From NCBI GenBank assembly GCA_035308905.1, contig DATGFS010000048.1, positions 17,437-81,436 on the forward strand: a stretch of 64,000 nucleotides of DNA, written 5' to 3'. This document shows positions 37,927 to 48,010 of the stretch, piece by piece. Position 1 is the first letter of the stretch, and every line of letters begins with the position of its first letter. The position numbers and the translations under genes were made by a program. This DNA comes from a bacterium (GTDB lineage Bacteria > Sysuimicrobiota > Sysuimicrobiia > Sysuimicrobiales > Segetimicrobiaceae). The notes under the pieces are model-generated. The model was given only the letters and a program-made list of their open reading frames with translations. It made no database searches and had not been told where the DNA came from.

Positions 37927-38619
37927 CTACGGGCCGCGCATCACGTGCGACAGACGTGCCGTCCACTCGTACTTCGTCGCAGCGGCGACCGCGTCCATTG
38001 CGCGGGCAAAGTGCGGGCCTGCCAGCAGCCGCTCCGCCGCGGCGCGATCGGGCGTTTGCACGTCCATGATCCAGTCGTAGTCGCTGACCAACTGGCCGAC
38101 ATTGTGACCCAGCGCGACCGCCTCCACGTCCGGGGCGGCGCCGAGGGCCCGGACGGCGTCGAGGGCCCGCTGCTTGGCCTGCTCCGAGACACCGTCGGCC
38201 CAGACGAACATCGCCACGTGCGTGACGTGTCCCCGCCGGGTCGGCGTCTCGCCGTCGAAGTACCAGTCCACCCGCGCCGTGAGCTCGTCCCACGATACCG
38301 CGCCGTTGAAGACCGAGCCGGCCTTGTGGGCGGGATGCGGGCTGTACTGCCGGTACGCGTCCCAGTCGTCGAAATCGAGGTGGAGCGCCACGTCGTAGTT
38401 GGCGGGAGGGCCGTCCGCTCCGCGGTGCCAGACGGGCGATGCCTCGAAGGGCGGCGGGTCGTCGAACCGCCGGGAGCCGCCGAAGAGATCGTCGCCGTAA
38501 TCGCCCGACCGTACCATCGGGCACTCCATGCGGAGGTACGCCAGGCCTTCCAGCATCTCCGTTTGCAGCGCCGGTGTCGTGGTGTCGCGCAGCCGCCAGA
38601 TCACAGAGTGACGCAACAT
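37927..38619 (-). CDS. Tandem Dabb-like protein C (close paralogue of A)
   Basis: LRMECPMVRSGDYGDDLFGGS, NYDVALHLDFDD...Y..HPAH, EWTARLSHVMRG. Confidence 0.72.
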   Translation of the reverse strand: MLRHSVIWRLRDTTTPALQTEMLEGLAYLRMECPMVRSGDYGDDLFGGSRRFDDPPPFEASPVWHRGADGPPANYDVALHLDFDDWDAYRQYSPHPAHKAGSVFNGAVSWDELTARVDWYFDGETPTRRGHVTHVAMFVWADGVSEQAKQRALDAVRALGAAPDVEAVALGHNVGQLVSDYDWIMDVQTPDRAAAERLLAGPHFARAMDAVAAATKYEWTARLSHVMRGP

Positions 38620-38722
38620 GACCGTGGTATTTCTCGCCGCCGGGCGGCGCGGCCTGCGCGGGTAGGAGAGCGGTAGTTATCGAAGGGGAAATCGCACGAT
38701 ACCCCAAGGGGAGGGGAGCCAC

Positions 38723-39718
38723 GTGTCACTCGGATGGGGCATCATCGGGACCGGCGGCTTCGCCGGCAGCGCCACCGCGCCGGCGATCAAGGCTCTGGGT
38801 GAGCGGGGCACGCTGGTCGCCGCGGTCAGCCGCGACCGGGGGCGCGCCGACGCCTTCGCGGCGCAGCACGGTGCCAAGCGGGCGTATACGGACTACGCGG
38901 ACCTGCTGCGCGACCGCGAGGTCGACATCGTGTACATTTCGACCCCGAACGCGCAGCACGCGGAGCAGGCCCTCGCCGCGGCGCGCGCCGGCAAGCACGT
39001 CCTCTGCGAGAAGCCGCTCGCGCTGTCGGTGGGCGACGCGCGGAGGATGGTCGACGCGTTCGAGGCGGCGGGCCTGAAGCTCGGCACGCACTTCCAGACG
39101 CGCCACCATACCGCGTTCGCCGAAACGAAGCGTCTGCTGCAGCAGCGCGCGATCGGGGACGTGATCCTGATACAGATCGAGGTGAGCTCCGGCGTGAACC
39201 AATTCCGGTCGTGGCGCGCCGACCCGCAGCTCGCGGGGCTCGGCTCGATCAACAACATCGCGGTCCACCCCTTCGATCTGGTGCGCTACCTGTTGGGGGC
39301 CGAGGTCCGGGAAGTGACGGCGATCACGGACGTCGGCCGGGCCGCGGACCTGGAGCATATGGTCCTCGCGCTGCTTCGCTTTCAGAACGAGACCTTGGCC
39401 TACGTCAACGCGAACCAGAAGGTGCCGAACTTCCAGCCGGACATCGCTATCTACGGCACGGAGGGCCGCATCCTCGGCATCGATTGCACGCGGCCGTTCC
39501 TCGACGGCGAGCTGCGGGTCCTCACCGCGTCCGGCGAGCAGGTCACCAAGCATTCCAGCAGGGACGCGGTCGTGCGGTCGATGGCCGCCTTCAACGACGC
39601 GGTCGCGCACGATCGCGAGCCGAACGCGTCCGGGTTGGACGGCCTGCGCAGCGTGCAGCTGACCGACGCCGTGATCCGGTCGGCGCGCGAGGGACGCCTG
39701 GTCGAGGTCGCGTATTGA
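38723..39718 (+). CDS. Gfo/Idh/MocA family oxidoreductase
   Basis: WGIIGTG, DIVYISTPN..H, GKHVLCEKP, GG-like NIAVH..D. Confidence 0.93.
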   Translation: MSLGWGIIGTGGFAGSATAPAIKALGERGTLVAAVSRDRGRADAFAAQHGAKRAYTDYADLLRDREVDIVYISTPNAQHAEQALAAARAGKHVLCEKPLALSVGDARRMVDAFEAAGLKLGTHFQTRHHTAFAETKRLLQQRAIGDVILIQIEVSSGVNQFRSWRADPQLAGLGSINNIAVHPFDLVRYLLGAEVREVTAITDVGRAADLEHMVLALLRFQNETLAYVNANQKVPNFQPDIAIYGTEGRILGIDCTRPFLDGELRVLTASGEQVTKHSSRDAVVRSMAAFNDAVAHDREPNASGLDGLRSVQLTDAVIRSAREGRLVEVAY

Positions 39719-40932
39719 CCTGGTCGCGCGGCGCGGGGGCCGCGGACTACGAGGCGCGCGTCGACATGGCGCGCCTGCGCGCCGGACGGGTCGAGCGCGC
39801 GCGGCAGGCGATCGGGGCGGCGGACCTCGACGCGGTACTCGTCTGGAAGGAAGAGAACGTCCGCTATCTCACGAGCCTGCGCCCGCAGATCATCGCCGGC
39901 AAGAACGGCGTACTGAACGGCGCGCTCTGCACGCGCGACGGAACCACGGCACTCCTCGTCTCCGGCGGAGATCGCGACCGCGCCGAGGCCACGATGCCGT
40001 GGGTCGGCGATTGGGAGACAATCCCCATCCTCGAAGAGCCCGGCCTCATCCGTCACGTCGCCTCGGAAATTATCCCGGGCCTGCTGCGCCGCCGGGGGCT
40101 CCGCGGCGCGCGCGTCGGCATCGACCTGGCGAGCAAGCTGCTGATGGACGCGCTGGCGGAGACGTGCGCCGACATCCGCTGGGTGGACGGCGACGCGGCG
40201 ATGCAGGCGGCCCGGCGCATCAAGACGGCGGAGGAGCTGGCGGTGATCGAGGAAGCGACGGCGATCGCCGAGGCGGTCACGGCAACCGCGACCGCCGCCG
40301 TCCGCGAAGGGGTGCGGGAGTGCGAGGTCGCCGGCGAGGCGCTGCGCACGCTCCACCGGCTCGGCGGCGAGTATCCCCACGTGACGACGCCGTTCGTGGC
40401 GAGCGGCGAGCGGATGTCGCCGCCGACGCGGCTCGCGACCGACAAGCTGATCCGCGAGGGCGACCTCGTGTTCATCGACATCGGGGCGATGTGGAACGGC
40501 TACTTCGGCGATATCGGCCGGACGGTGGTGTGCGGGGAGCCGTCGCCCGAGCAGCGGCGGATCTACCGCGCGGTGTGGGACGGGCTGCAGGCGGGCATCG
40601 CGGCGATGCGCCCCGGCGCGACGAACGCCGAGGTGACGACGGTGATCCGCGACCGCGCGGCGTCGCACGGCGTCGGCGAGCGCTTTCTCAGCCTGTTCAT
40701 CGGCCACGGGATCGGGTGCGGCTCGAACGAGCCGCCGTATATCGGCGAGGCCTTTCCCGGCGCCGCCACGGTGACCCTCGAGGCGGGGATGGTGTTTGCG
40801 GTCGAGCCGCTGATCTGGCTTCCGGACGTGCCGGGAGGCGGGGGCGTCCGGCTGGAAGACATGGTGGCCGTGACCCCGGCCGGAGCGCGCCGGATCTCGC
40901 GAAGCCCGTACTGCGCGGCGCTGCTCGCCTAG
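39715..40932 (+). CDS. M24 family (Xaa-Pro peptidase/creatinase fold) protein 1
   Basis: TTGA overlap start inferred; FIDIG...GYFGD.GRT, GHGIG, AVEP, VRLED metal ligands. Confidence 0.88.
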   Translation: MTWSRGAGAADYEARVDMARLRAGRVERARQAIGAADLDAVLVWKEENVRYLTSLRPQIIAGKNGVLNGALCTRDGTTALLVSGGDRDRAEATMPWVGDWETIPILEEPGLIRHVASEIIPGLLRRRGLRGARVGIDLASKLLMDALAETCADIRWVDGDAAMQAARRIKTAEELAVIEEATAIAEAVTATATAAVREGVRECEVAGEALRTLHRLGGEYPHVTTPFVASGERMSPPTRLATDKLIREGDLVFIDIGAMWNGYFGDIGRTVVCGEPSPEQRRIYRAVWDGLQAGIAAMRPGATNAEVTTVIRDRAASHGVGERFLSLFIGHGIGCGSNEPPYIGEAFPGAATVTLEAGMVFAVEPLIWLPDVPGGGGVRLEDMVAVTPAGARRISRSPYCAALLA

Positions 40933-41037
40933 GCACCGGTCGATAGACTCGCGGGAGCGATAAGACGAGTGCGTCGGAGCGACCCCGGCTACGCGGGGCG
41001 GGGCGCCTGGCGCGAACGCAAAAGGGGGGCCACATCG

Positions 41038-42294
41038 ATGACGTACCACCCGTTTATTGCCGGGCAGCACGAGCTCCAGCCCCGGCGCGTCTTCAGCACG
41101 TCCGGGACCGATTGGCAGGGCCGCGTCAACTTCGACCGGCTGCGCGGCGAGCGGCTGGCGCGCGCGCGCGAGATGATGGACAAGCACGATCTCGGCGCGC
41201 TGATCCTGTTCGTCGGCGAGAACGTCCGCTACGTCACCGGCGTGTACCAGGGCAACTGGAAGAACAACATCTTCATCCGCTACGCGGTGCTGCCGCGCGG
41301 CAAGGATCCGGTGCTGTTCGAGACGGTCGGCAGCGACATGGTCTGCGCGCAGATGGACGCGCCGTGGCTGACTGAGGTCCGGCCGGCGATCACCTGGAAG
41401 TGGTCCGAGGGCGCGGAGGGGGAGATGGCCGCGCGCATGGCCGGGTCGATCGCGGACGTGCTGCGCGAATCCGGCGTGCACAAGGAGAAGATCGGCATCG
41501 ATATCATGGACATGGTCGCCTACCAGTCGCTGACGAAGGAAGGGCTCAACATCACGAACGGCTGGCCGGCGATGTCGCAGGCGCGGGTCATCAAGACCCA
41601 GGACGAGCTGGAGTGCCACAAGATCGCCGCGGCCCACGGCGACGCCGCGATGTATATGGCGAAGCATGAATGGGCCAGGCCCGGCGTCCGGGAGGCCGAG
41701 GTCTGCGCGAAAGTCAACGAATACCTGTACCGCAGCGGCTTCGACTTCGTCTACGATATCATCGTCGCGTCCGGCGGCAACACCAGCCCCTACCGCCGGT
41801 GGCACACCGACAAGATCATCCGTCAGGGCGACCTCATGATCATCGACATCAACGCGGTCGGCCCGGGCGGCTACTTCATCGACTTCGTGCGCTGCTGGAA
41901 AGTCGCCGCCAAGCCGACCCAAAAGGAGAAGGACCTCTACAAGGAGTGCTACGATTCGCTCTACGCGGCGATCGGCGCGGTCCGCGCCGGGGCGACCTCC
42001 GCGGACGTCGCGAAGCACTTCCCCGTCTACGACGATGACAAATACGGCAGCGTCTCGCTGCAGCAGTTCGCGCACAGCATCGGGCTCAGTCTGTACGAGG
42101 GGATGTGGATCTCCCGCGCGTACTCGCTCAAGTACCCCGCGGAGCTCAAGAAGAACATGTATTTCGCGATCGAGACGTTCGCGGGGCATCCGGGCCTCGA
42201 GCAGACCGTCCGCCTCGAGGAGAACATCGTCGTGACCGACAGCGGCCACGAGCGGTTCACGCTGTGCGAGCACGCCGACGACATGATGGCGTAA
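41038..42294 (+). CDS. M24 family protein 2
   Basis: DWQGRVNFDRLRGERL; IIDIN...GYFIDFVR, AHSIG, AIET, VRLEE. Confidence 0.9.
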   Translation: MTYHPFIAGQHELQPRRVFSTSGTDWQGRVNFDRLRGERLARAREMMDKHDLGALILFVGENVRYVTGVYQGNWKNNIFIRYAVLPRGKDPVLFETVGSDMVCAQMDAPWLTEVRPAITWKWSEGAEGEMAARMAGSIADVLRESGVHKEKIGIDIMDMVAYQSLTKEGLNITNGWPAMSQARVIKTQDELECHKIAAAHGDAAMYMAKHEWARPGVREAEVCAKVNEYLYRSGFDFVYDIIVASGGNTSPYRRWHTDKIIRQGDLMIIDINAVGPGGYFIDFVRCWKVAAKPTQKEKDLYKECYDSLYAAIGAVRAGATSADVAKHFPVYDDDKYGSVSLQQFAHSIGLSLYEGMWISRAYSLKYPAELKKNMYFAIETFAGHPGLEQTVRLEENIVVTDSGHERFTLCEHADDMMA

Positions 42295-42313
42295 CGTACC
42301 CCGCCGGCGCCGC

Positions 42314-43297
42314 ATGATTGTCGACGTTCACAGCCACGTCTTTCCGGAGCGGTTCCTGGCCGCCCTGGACCGGGTCGGCGCCCGGCACGGCGTCAAGGTG
42401 GAGACGCGCGGCGGCGAGCGGATCGTCTGGAGCAGCCCGCGCCAGCGCTCCGCGATCGGGCCGGTCTTCTGGGATGTCGCGGAGCGCCTGGCGGCGCTCG
42501 ACCGCTGGGGCATCGCGGTCCAGGCGCTGTCGCTTTCTCCGCCGATGCTGTACTGGGCGCCGCCGGACGTCGGGCGCGAGCTGGCCGCGGTGTTCAACGA
42601 CGAGATCGCCGCGATCAGCCGCGCGCATCCCGGGCGGTTCCTCGCGTTTGCGACGCTGCCCCTTCAAGATCTCGCCGCGGCGGTGGCGGAGGCGGAGCGG
42701 GCCGCCCGCGCCGGCTGCCGGGCGCTGTACGTCGGCACGAACGTGAACGGCCGCTACCTCGACGACCCGTCGTTTGAGCCGCTGTGGGAGTGCGCGGTGC
42801 GGCGCCGGCTGCCGGTCTTCACCCATCCATTGAACAACGCCGGCGAGGAGCGCATGGGCGAGTGGCACCTCGGCAACTCCGTCGGCAATCCGAACGAGAC
42901 CGCGCTCGCCGCCGCCCGCCTGATCATGGCCGGCGTCCTCGACCGGCACCCCGATCTCGAGATCGTGCTCGCGCACGGCGCAGGCTCGCTGCCGTTTCTC
43001 TTGGGACGGCTCGACCACACCTACGCGGTGCGCCCGGAGGTCCAGGGCGCGCTCCGCCGGCCGCCGTCGGCGTACCTCAAGCGCTTCCACGCCGACACGA
43101 TCACGCACGGCGACCGCGCCCTCGCCTTCCTGATCGAGGCCGCCGGACCGGACCGCGTGCTCCTCGGCACGGACCTGCCGTACGACATGGCGGACCCTGA
43201 TCCGGCGGGCCGCCTGCGGCGCCTAGCCCTCGCGCCGGCCGACGCCGCGGCGATCGAGGCCGGCAACGCGGCCCGGCTCCTCGGGCTCGAGCTCTAA
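42314..43297 (+). CDS. Amidohydrolase_2 family protein, copy 3
   Basis: DVHSH, VFTHP, AHGAG, LGTDLPYD. Confidence 0.9.
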   Translation: MIVDVHSHVFPERFLAALDRVGARHGVKVETRGGERIVWSSPRQRSAIGPVFWDVAERLAALDRWGIAVQALSLSPPMLYWAPPDVGRELAAVFNDEIAAISRAHPGRFLAFATLPLQDLAAAVAEAERAARAGCRALYVGTNVNGRYLDDPSFEPLWECAVRRRLPVFTHPLNNAGEERMGEWHLGNSVGNPNETALAAARLIMAGVLDRHPDLEIVLAHGAGSLPFLLGRLDHTYAVRPEVQGALRRPPSAYLKRFHADTITHGDRALAFLIEAAGPDRVLLGTDLPYDMADPDPAGRLRRLALAPADAAAIEAGNAARLLGLEL

Positions 43298-43306
43298 GGC
43301 CCGGCC

Positions 43307-44167
43307 GTGGGCGCGTCGTTCTACCTGCAGCAGGCGCTCAACGGTCTCTCCTTCGGCGCCCTGCTGTTCCTGCTCGCGAGCGGGCTCACGCTCATCTTCG
43401 GGCTGATGCGGGTGGCCAACATCGCGCACGGCTCCTATTATCTGCTCGGCGCGTACGTCGGGCTGTCGGTCATGCGCTGGACGGGCGTCTTCCCGCTGGC
43501 GATCGTGGCCGGCGGGGCCGCCGTCGCGGCCATCGGCATCGTGATGCAGCGGTGGTTCCTGGCGCGGTTCCATCAGCAAACGCTGCCTCAAGTGCTGCTG
43601 ACGATGGGGTTCGCGTTCTTCTTCTCCGACCAGGCGCTGCTGGTGTGGGGCGGCGATCCGCAGAGCATCCCGGTCCCGAAGGTGCTCTCCGGCACGCTGG
43701 TCCTCGGCCCCGTGTACTTTCCGGCGTACCGCCTGTTCGTGATCGCGGTGGGGCTCTGCGTCTTTGTGGGATTGTGGCTGTTGCTCGAGCGCACGCGCCT
43801 CGGCGCGACCGTGCGGGCGGCCGTCGACGACGCCGAGATGGCGCGCGGCCTCGGCATCAACGTCGGGCGGGTGATGACCGGCGTGTTCGCGCTCGGCGCG
43901 TTCCTCGCGGCCGCGGGCGGGGTGATGGGCGGCGCGTTCCTCTCGATCTACCCCGGCGCCGACTTCGACGTGCTGCCGCTGACGTTCGTGGTCGTGATCA
44001 TGGGCGGCCTCGGGAGCCTCAAGGGCGCGCTGATCGGCAGTCTCCTCGTCGGGCTGCTCGACAATTTCGGCAAAGCGATGTTCCCCGAGCTGTCCTATTT
44101 CACACTCTTCGCGCCGATGGCGCTGATCCTCGCCGTGCGGCCGACGGGCCTCTTCGGACGGGCCTAG
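43307..44167 (+). CDS. HAAT-family ABC transporter permease (LivH-like)
   Basis: LNGLSFGALLFLLASGLTLIFG.M...NIAHG; MGGLGS.KG. Confidence 0.93.
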   Translation: MGASFYLQQALNGLSFGALLFLLASGLTLIFGLMRVANIAHGSYYLLGAYVGLSVMRWTGVFPLAIVAGGAAVAAIGIVMQRWFLARFHQQTLPQVLLTMGFAFFFSDQALLVWGGDPQSIPVPKVLSGTLVLGPVYFPAYRLFVIAVGLCVFVGLWLLLERTRLGATVRAAVDDAEMARGLGINVGRVMTGVFALGAFLAAAGGVMGGAFLSIYPGADFDVLPLTFVVVIMGGLGSLKGALIGSLLVGLLDNFGKAMFPELSYFTLFAPMALILAVRPTGLFGRA

Positions 44168-44170
44168 CGT

Positions 44171-45160
44171 ATGTGGCGGTCCTACGGCGGTCTCGCCGCC
44201 GGCACGGCCGTTATCGCGGCCCTGTGCGCGCTGCCGGCGGTTGCGCCGACCTACTACCTGCACCTGCTCACGCTCACGTTTTGCTACGGGATCATGGCGA
44301 TGAGCCTCGACCTGCTCGTCGGCTACACGGGACTGGGGTCGCTCGGCCACGCCGCCTATTTCGGCGTCGCCGGGTACGTGGTCGGGGTGCTGGCCACGAC
44401 GCACGCGTGGGGGTTCTGGCCGGCCGCCGCGGCCGGCGTGCTCGCGGCCGCGTTCACGGCGGCGCTGTTCGGGCTGCTGGCGATCCGCGCGACCGGCCCG
44501 TATTTCTTGATCATCACGCTCGCGCTGGGACAGGTCGTCTGGGGACTGGCCTACCGGTGGGTGTCGGTGACCGGCGGCGACAACGGGCTGCGCGGGATCG
44601 CGCGGCCGGTGCTGGCGGCCGGGCTCAGCATGGGCCGGATTCAGGTCTTCTACTATTTTGCGATGGCGCTGACGCTCGTCGCGGCCCTCGTGATGCATCT
44701 CATCGTGACGTCCCCCTTCGGCCTCTCGCTGCGCGGGATCCGTGAGAGCGAGTCCCGTATGCGCGTGCTCGGCTACAACGTCTTCCTCCACAAATACCTG
44801 GTCTTCATCCTCGCCGGCACGTTCTGCGGCCTGGCCGGCGTGCTGTACGCGTACTACAACGGCTTCGTCTCGCCCGCGGACGTGCACCTCGTCGCGTCCG
44901 CGAACGCGCTGCTCATGGTGATTCTCGGCGGCTCCGGCACGCTCTTCGGGCCCCTCGTTGGCTCCGCGCTGCTCGTCTTTCTGCAAAACATGCTCAGCGG
45001 CATCACGCAGCGCTGGCTGACGATCCTCGGCGCGATCCTCATCCTGGCGGTGATGTACGCGCCCCGCGGCGTGGTCGGCGCCGCGCGAACGCTGCTCGCC
45101 CGCGGGGCCCGCGTACGCGGGACCCGGGTTTCGGCCGTCGAACAATCGCACACCACGTAG
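44171..45160 (+). CDS. HAAT-family ABC transporter permease (LivM-like)
   Basis: SLDLLVGYTGL.SLGHAAYFG; GPYF.IITLA.GQ; SPFG..L.GIRESE. Confidence 0.93.
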   Translation: MWRSYGGLAAGTAVIAALCALPAVAPTYYLHLLTLTFCYGIMAMSLDLLVGYTGLGSLGHAAYFGVAGYVVGVLATTHAWGFWPAAAAGVLAAAFTAALFGLLAIRATGPYFLIITLALGQVVWGLAYRWVSVTGGDNGLRGIARPVLAAGLSMGRIQVFYYFAMALTLVAALVMHLIVTSPFGLSLRGIRESESRMRVLGYNVFLHKYLVFILAGTFCGLAGVLYAYYNGFVSPADVHLVASANALLMVILGGSGTLFGPLVGSALLVFLQNMLSGITQRWLTILGAILILAVMYAPRGVVGAARTLLARGARVRGTRVSAVEQSHTT

Positions 45161-45183
45161 AACCGGCCACGGAGGTGGGGGGC

Positions 45184-46464
45184 TTGGCAAGACATCGCAT
45201 CATGCGGCGGACGCTTCTCAAGGGAGGCCTCGCGCTGGCGGGAGCGGCGGCCGCCGGGGGGCTCGATCGCCTCCGCCCCGTCGTGTACGCTCAGCCGTCG
45301 CCGGCGTTCCGCATCGGCTTCATCGCGGATGTCACGGGCAACGTCGCGCCGAGCGGCCGCGATATGCTCGACGGCTTCCAGATGTACCTGTCCGAGAAGA
45401 ACTCGATGCTCGGCGGAAAGCAGGTCCAGTTGATCGTCGAGGACGCGGGCGGCGTGCCGGCCAACGCGCTGACCAAGGCCCGCAAACTGGTGGAGCAGGA
45501 CCGGGTCCACCTGCTGACCGCGCCGCTGCTGGCCAACGAGGCCTACGCGGTCCGCGATTACGTCGCGGAGCGGGGGACGCCTATGATCTTCATGGTCGCG
45601 TCCGCGGACGATCTCACCCAGCGGAAGGGCGCGCCGAACTTCGTCCGCGTCGGATGGTCGAGCAGCCAGCCCTCGCACCCGTTCGGCGAATACGCGGCGA
45701 CGACGCTCAAGTACAAAAGGATCGCCGTCATCGGCAGCGACTACGCCTTCGGCTACGAGGTGGTCGGCGGGTTTCAGAAGACGTTCGAAGAGCACGGCGG
45801 CCAGGTCGTGCAGAAGATCTGGACGCCGCTCGGCACGCCGGACTTCAGCCCGTATGTCACGCAGCTGCGCCGGGACGTCGACGCCGTCTACGCGACCGAG
45901 ACCGGCGTGGACGTGATCCGCTTCGCCAAGGCGTACCGGCAGTACGGCCTGAAAGACAAGATCCCCCTCATCGGCGGCGCGCTGCTGTCTGATGAGAGCC
46001 TGCTCCGCGGCATGGGCGCACCGGAGGACGCGACCGGCATCATCACCTGCCTGCACTGGGCCGCCGGCCTGACCACGCTCGCGGCGAAGAAGTTCGTCGA
46101 CGCCTACAACGCCAAGTATAAGAAGGACCCGTCGTACTACGCGGAGACCAACTACACAGGCGGCATGTGGATCGATACGGCCGTGCAGCGCATCGACGGC
46201 AAGGTCGACGACCGCGCCGCCTTCCTACGCGCGATGCTGGCCGTCCAGCTGCCGAACGCGCCGCGCGGACCGGTCCGGCTCGACAGCTACCACAACCCCA
46301 TCCAGAACGAGTACGTGCGAAAGGTCGAGTACCAGAACGGGCGCCTGGTCAACACCGTGATCCACACCTTCCACAACGTCTCGCAGTTCTGGACGTTCGC
46401 GCCCGCGGAGTTTCTGAAGCAGCCGGTGTACGACCGCAACTATCCGCCCTGCCGGTACTGTTAG
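45184..46464 (+). CDS. HAAT-family substrate-binding protein with twin-arginine-like signal
   Basis: MRRTLLKGGLALAG; VEDAGG.P...L.KARKLVEQD.V; SDYAFG; start TTG 45184 (GGAGG SD), alternatives 45175 and 45202. Confidence 0.9.
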   Translation: MARHRIMRRTLLKGGLALAGAAAAGGLDRLRPVVYAQPSPAFRIGFIADVTGNVAPSGRDMLDGFQMYLSEKNSMLGGKQVQLIVEDAGGVPANALTKARKLVEQDRVHLLTAPLLANEAYAVRDYVAERGTPMIFMVASADDLTQRKGAPNFVRVGWSSSQPSHPFGEYAATTLKYKRIAVIGSDYAFGYEVVGGFQKTFEEHGGQVVQKIWTPLGTPDFSPYVTQLRRDVDAVYATETGVDVIRFAKAYRQYGLKDKIPLIGGALLSDESLLRGMGAPEDATGIITCLHWAAGLTTLAAKKFVDAYNAKYKKDPSYYAETNYTGGMWIDTAVQRIDGKVDDRAAFLRAMLAVQLPNAPRGPVRLDSYHNPIQNEYVRKVEYQNGRLVNTVIHTFHNVSQFWTFAPAEFLKQPVYDRNYPPCRYC

Positions 46465-46489
46465 CAGGCGGGCGCCGGCCGGCACGACG

Positions 46490-47254
46490 GTGACGGGGCA
46501 GGCCGTTCTGGAGCTCGACCGGATCTGCCGCCGGTTCGGCGGCCTCGAAGCGATCCGGGACGTCTCCATGTCCGTGCCGGAAGGGTCGCGCCGCGCGATC
46601 ATCGGGCCGAACGGCGCCGGCAAGACCACGCTGTTCAACATCATCACGGGCGAGCTCGCCGCGACGTCGGGACGCCTCAGGCTCTTCGGCCGCGACGTGA
46701 CGGGCCTGCCGGCGCACCGGCGGGCCGCGCTCGGGCTCGGGCGCACGTTTCAGATTACCAACCTCTTCGGGCCGCTTACGGTCGAGGACAACATGCTGCT
46801 CGCGGTGCAGGCGCTCGGGCCCTCGAAGTACGCGATGCTGCGGCCGCTGCGCCGCGACCGGACGGTGCTCGACCGCGCACGGGCCCTGCTCGAGCCGGCG
46901 GGGCTCTGGGAGAAGCGCGACACCGAGGTCCACGTGCTCTCCTACGGCGAGCAGCGGCAGCTGGAGGTGCTGCTGGCGCTGGCCGGGCGTCCGCGGCTCC
47001 TGCTGCTGGACGAGCCGGCGGCCGGGCTGTCGCCGGGCGAACGGCGGGAGATGGCGCAGTTCATCAAGGCGCTCGATCCGGGGCTGACGCTCCTGCTCAT
47101 CGAGCACGACATGGACGTCGCGTTCGAGATCGTCGACGCGATCACGGTGCTGCATTTCGGCTGTGTGGTGGCGGAAGGGACGAAGGAGGCCGTGCGCGCG
47201 GATCCGTCCGTTCAGGAGATCTACCTCGGCGCCGAGGCGGACGCGCATGCCTGA
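46490..47254 (+). CDS. ABC ATP-binding protein (LivG-like)
   Basis: GPNGAGKT, LSYGEQRQLE, LDEPAAG, IEHDM. Confidence 0.94.
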   Translation: MTGQAVLELDRICRRFGGLEAIRDVSMSVPEGSRRAIIGPNGAGKTTLFNIITGELAATSGRLRLFGRDVTGLPAHRRAALGLGRTFQITNLFGPLTVEDNMLLAVQALGPSKYAMLRPLRRDRTVLDRARALLEPAGLWEKRDTEVHVLSYGEQRQLEVLLALAGRPRLLLLDEPAAGLSPGERREMAQFIKALDPGLTLLLIEHDMDVAFEIVDAITVLHFGCVVAEGTKEAVRADPSVQEIYLGAEADAHA

Positions 47255-48008
47255 GCCCGTCCCGTCTGACGCGGGACCGTCTCGCGGGATGCGCGAGCCT
47301 GCCGTGCTGGCCGTCGACGACATCCACACCTATTACGGCGACTCCTACGTGCTGCAGGGTGTCAGCCTCGAGGTGCGGCCCGGCGCCGTCACGGCGCTCC
47401 TCGGCCGGAACGGCATGGGCAAGACGACGCTGATCCGGTCGGTGGTGGGGTTCGCGCGGCCGCGGCGGGGCCGCGTGATGTTCGGCGGCCGTGACATCAC
47501 CCGCGCGCCGAGTCACGAGATCGCGCGGGCCGGCATCGGGCTCGTCCCGCAGGGCCGCCGCATCTTCCCGTCCCTCACCGTGCACGAGAACCTGACGGTC
47601 GCGGCGCGCGACGCGAACGGTGCCGGCGGCACGCCGTGGTCGATCGAGCGGGTCCTCGGCCTGTTTCCGCGGCTCGGCGAGCGCGCCGGGCACCGCGGCA
47701 ACATGCTCTCCGGCGGAGAGCAGCAGATGCTCGCGATCGGCCGCGCGCTCATGACGAACCCGCGCGTGCTGCTGATGGACGAGCCATCCGAAGGCCTCGC
47801 GCCGCTGCTGGTCCGGTATCTCGGCGACGCGATCGTCCGCCTCCGCGAGGAAGGGCTGAGCATCCTGCTCGTCGAGCAGAACCTGCCGATGGCCCTCCGG
47901 GTCGCCGGCGACGTGTACGTACTCAGCAAAGGCCACGTGGTCTATCACGGCGCGCCGGCGGACCTCGCCGCCGATTCGGCCGTCACGCACCGGTACCTGG
48001 GGGTCTAG
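47247..48008 (+). CDS. ABC ATP-binding protein (LivF-like)
   Basis: GRNGMGKT, LSGGEQQML, MDEPSEG, VEQN. Confidence 0.94.
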   Translation: MPEPVPSDAGPSRGMREPAVLAVDDIHTYYGDSYVLQGVSLEVRPGAVTALLGRNGMGKTTLIRSVVGFARPRRGRVMFGGRDITRAPSHEIARAGIGLVPQGRRIFPSLTVHENLTVAARDANGAGGTPWSIERVLGLFPRLGERAGHRGNMLSGGEQQMLAIGRALMTNPRVLLMDEPSEGLAPLLVRYLGDAIVRLREEGLSILLVEQNLPMALRVAGDVYVLSKGHVVYHGAPADLAADSAVTHRYLGV

Positions 48009-48010
48009 CG

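Noticed and set aside
41038-42294. Calling the second M24 protein DddP
   Set aside because: Fold and ligands are shared across M24B; no DddP-specific evidence can be read by eye
39451-42315. 954-aa minus-strand ORF and similar long antisense ORFs (e.g. 21475..23367, 22698..24638, 25858..27708, 48649..51069)
   Set aside because: Shadow frames of high-GC genes: Arg/Ala/Pro-rich, no motifs, fully overlapping well-supported plus-strand genes
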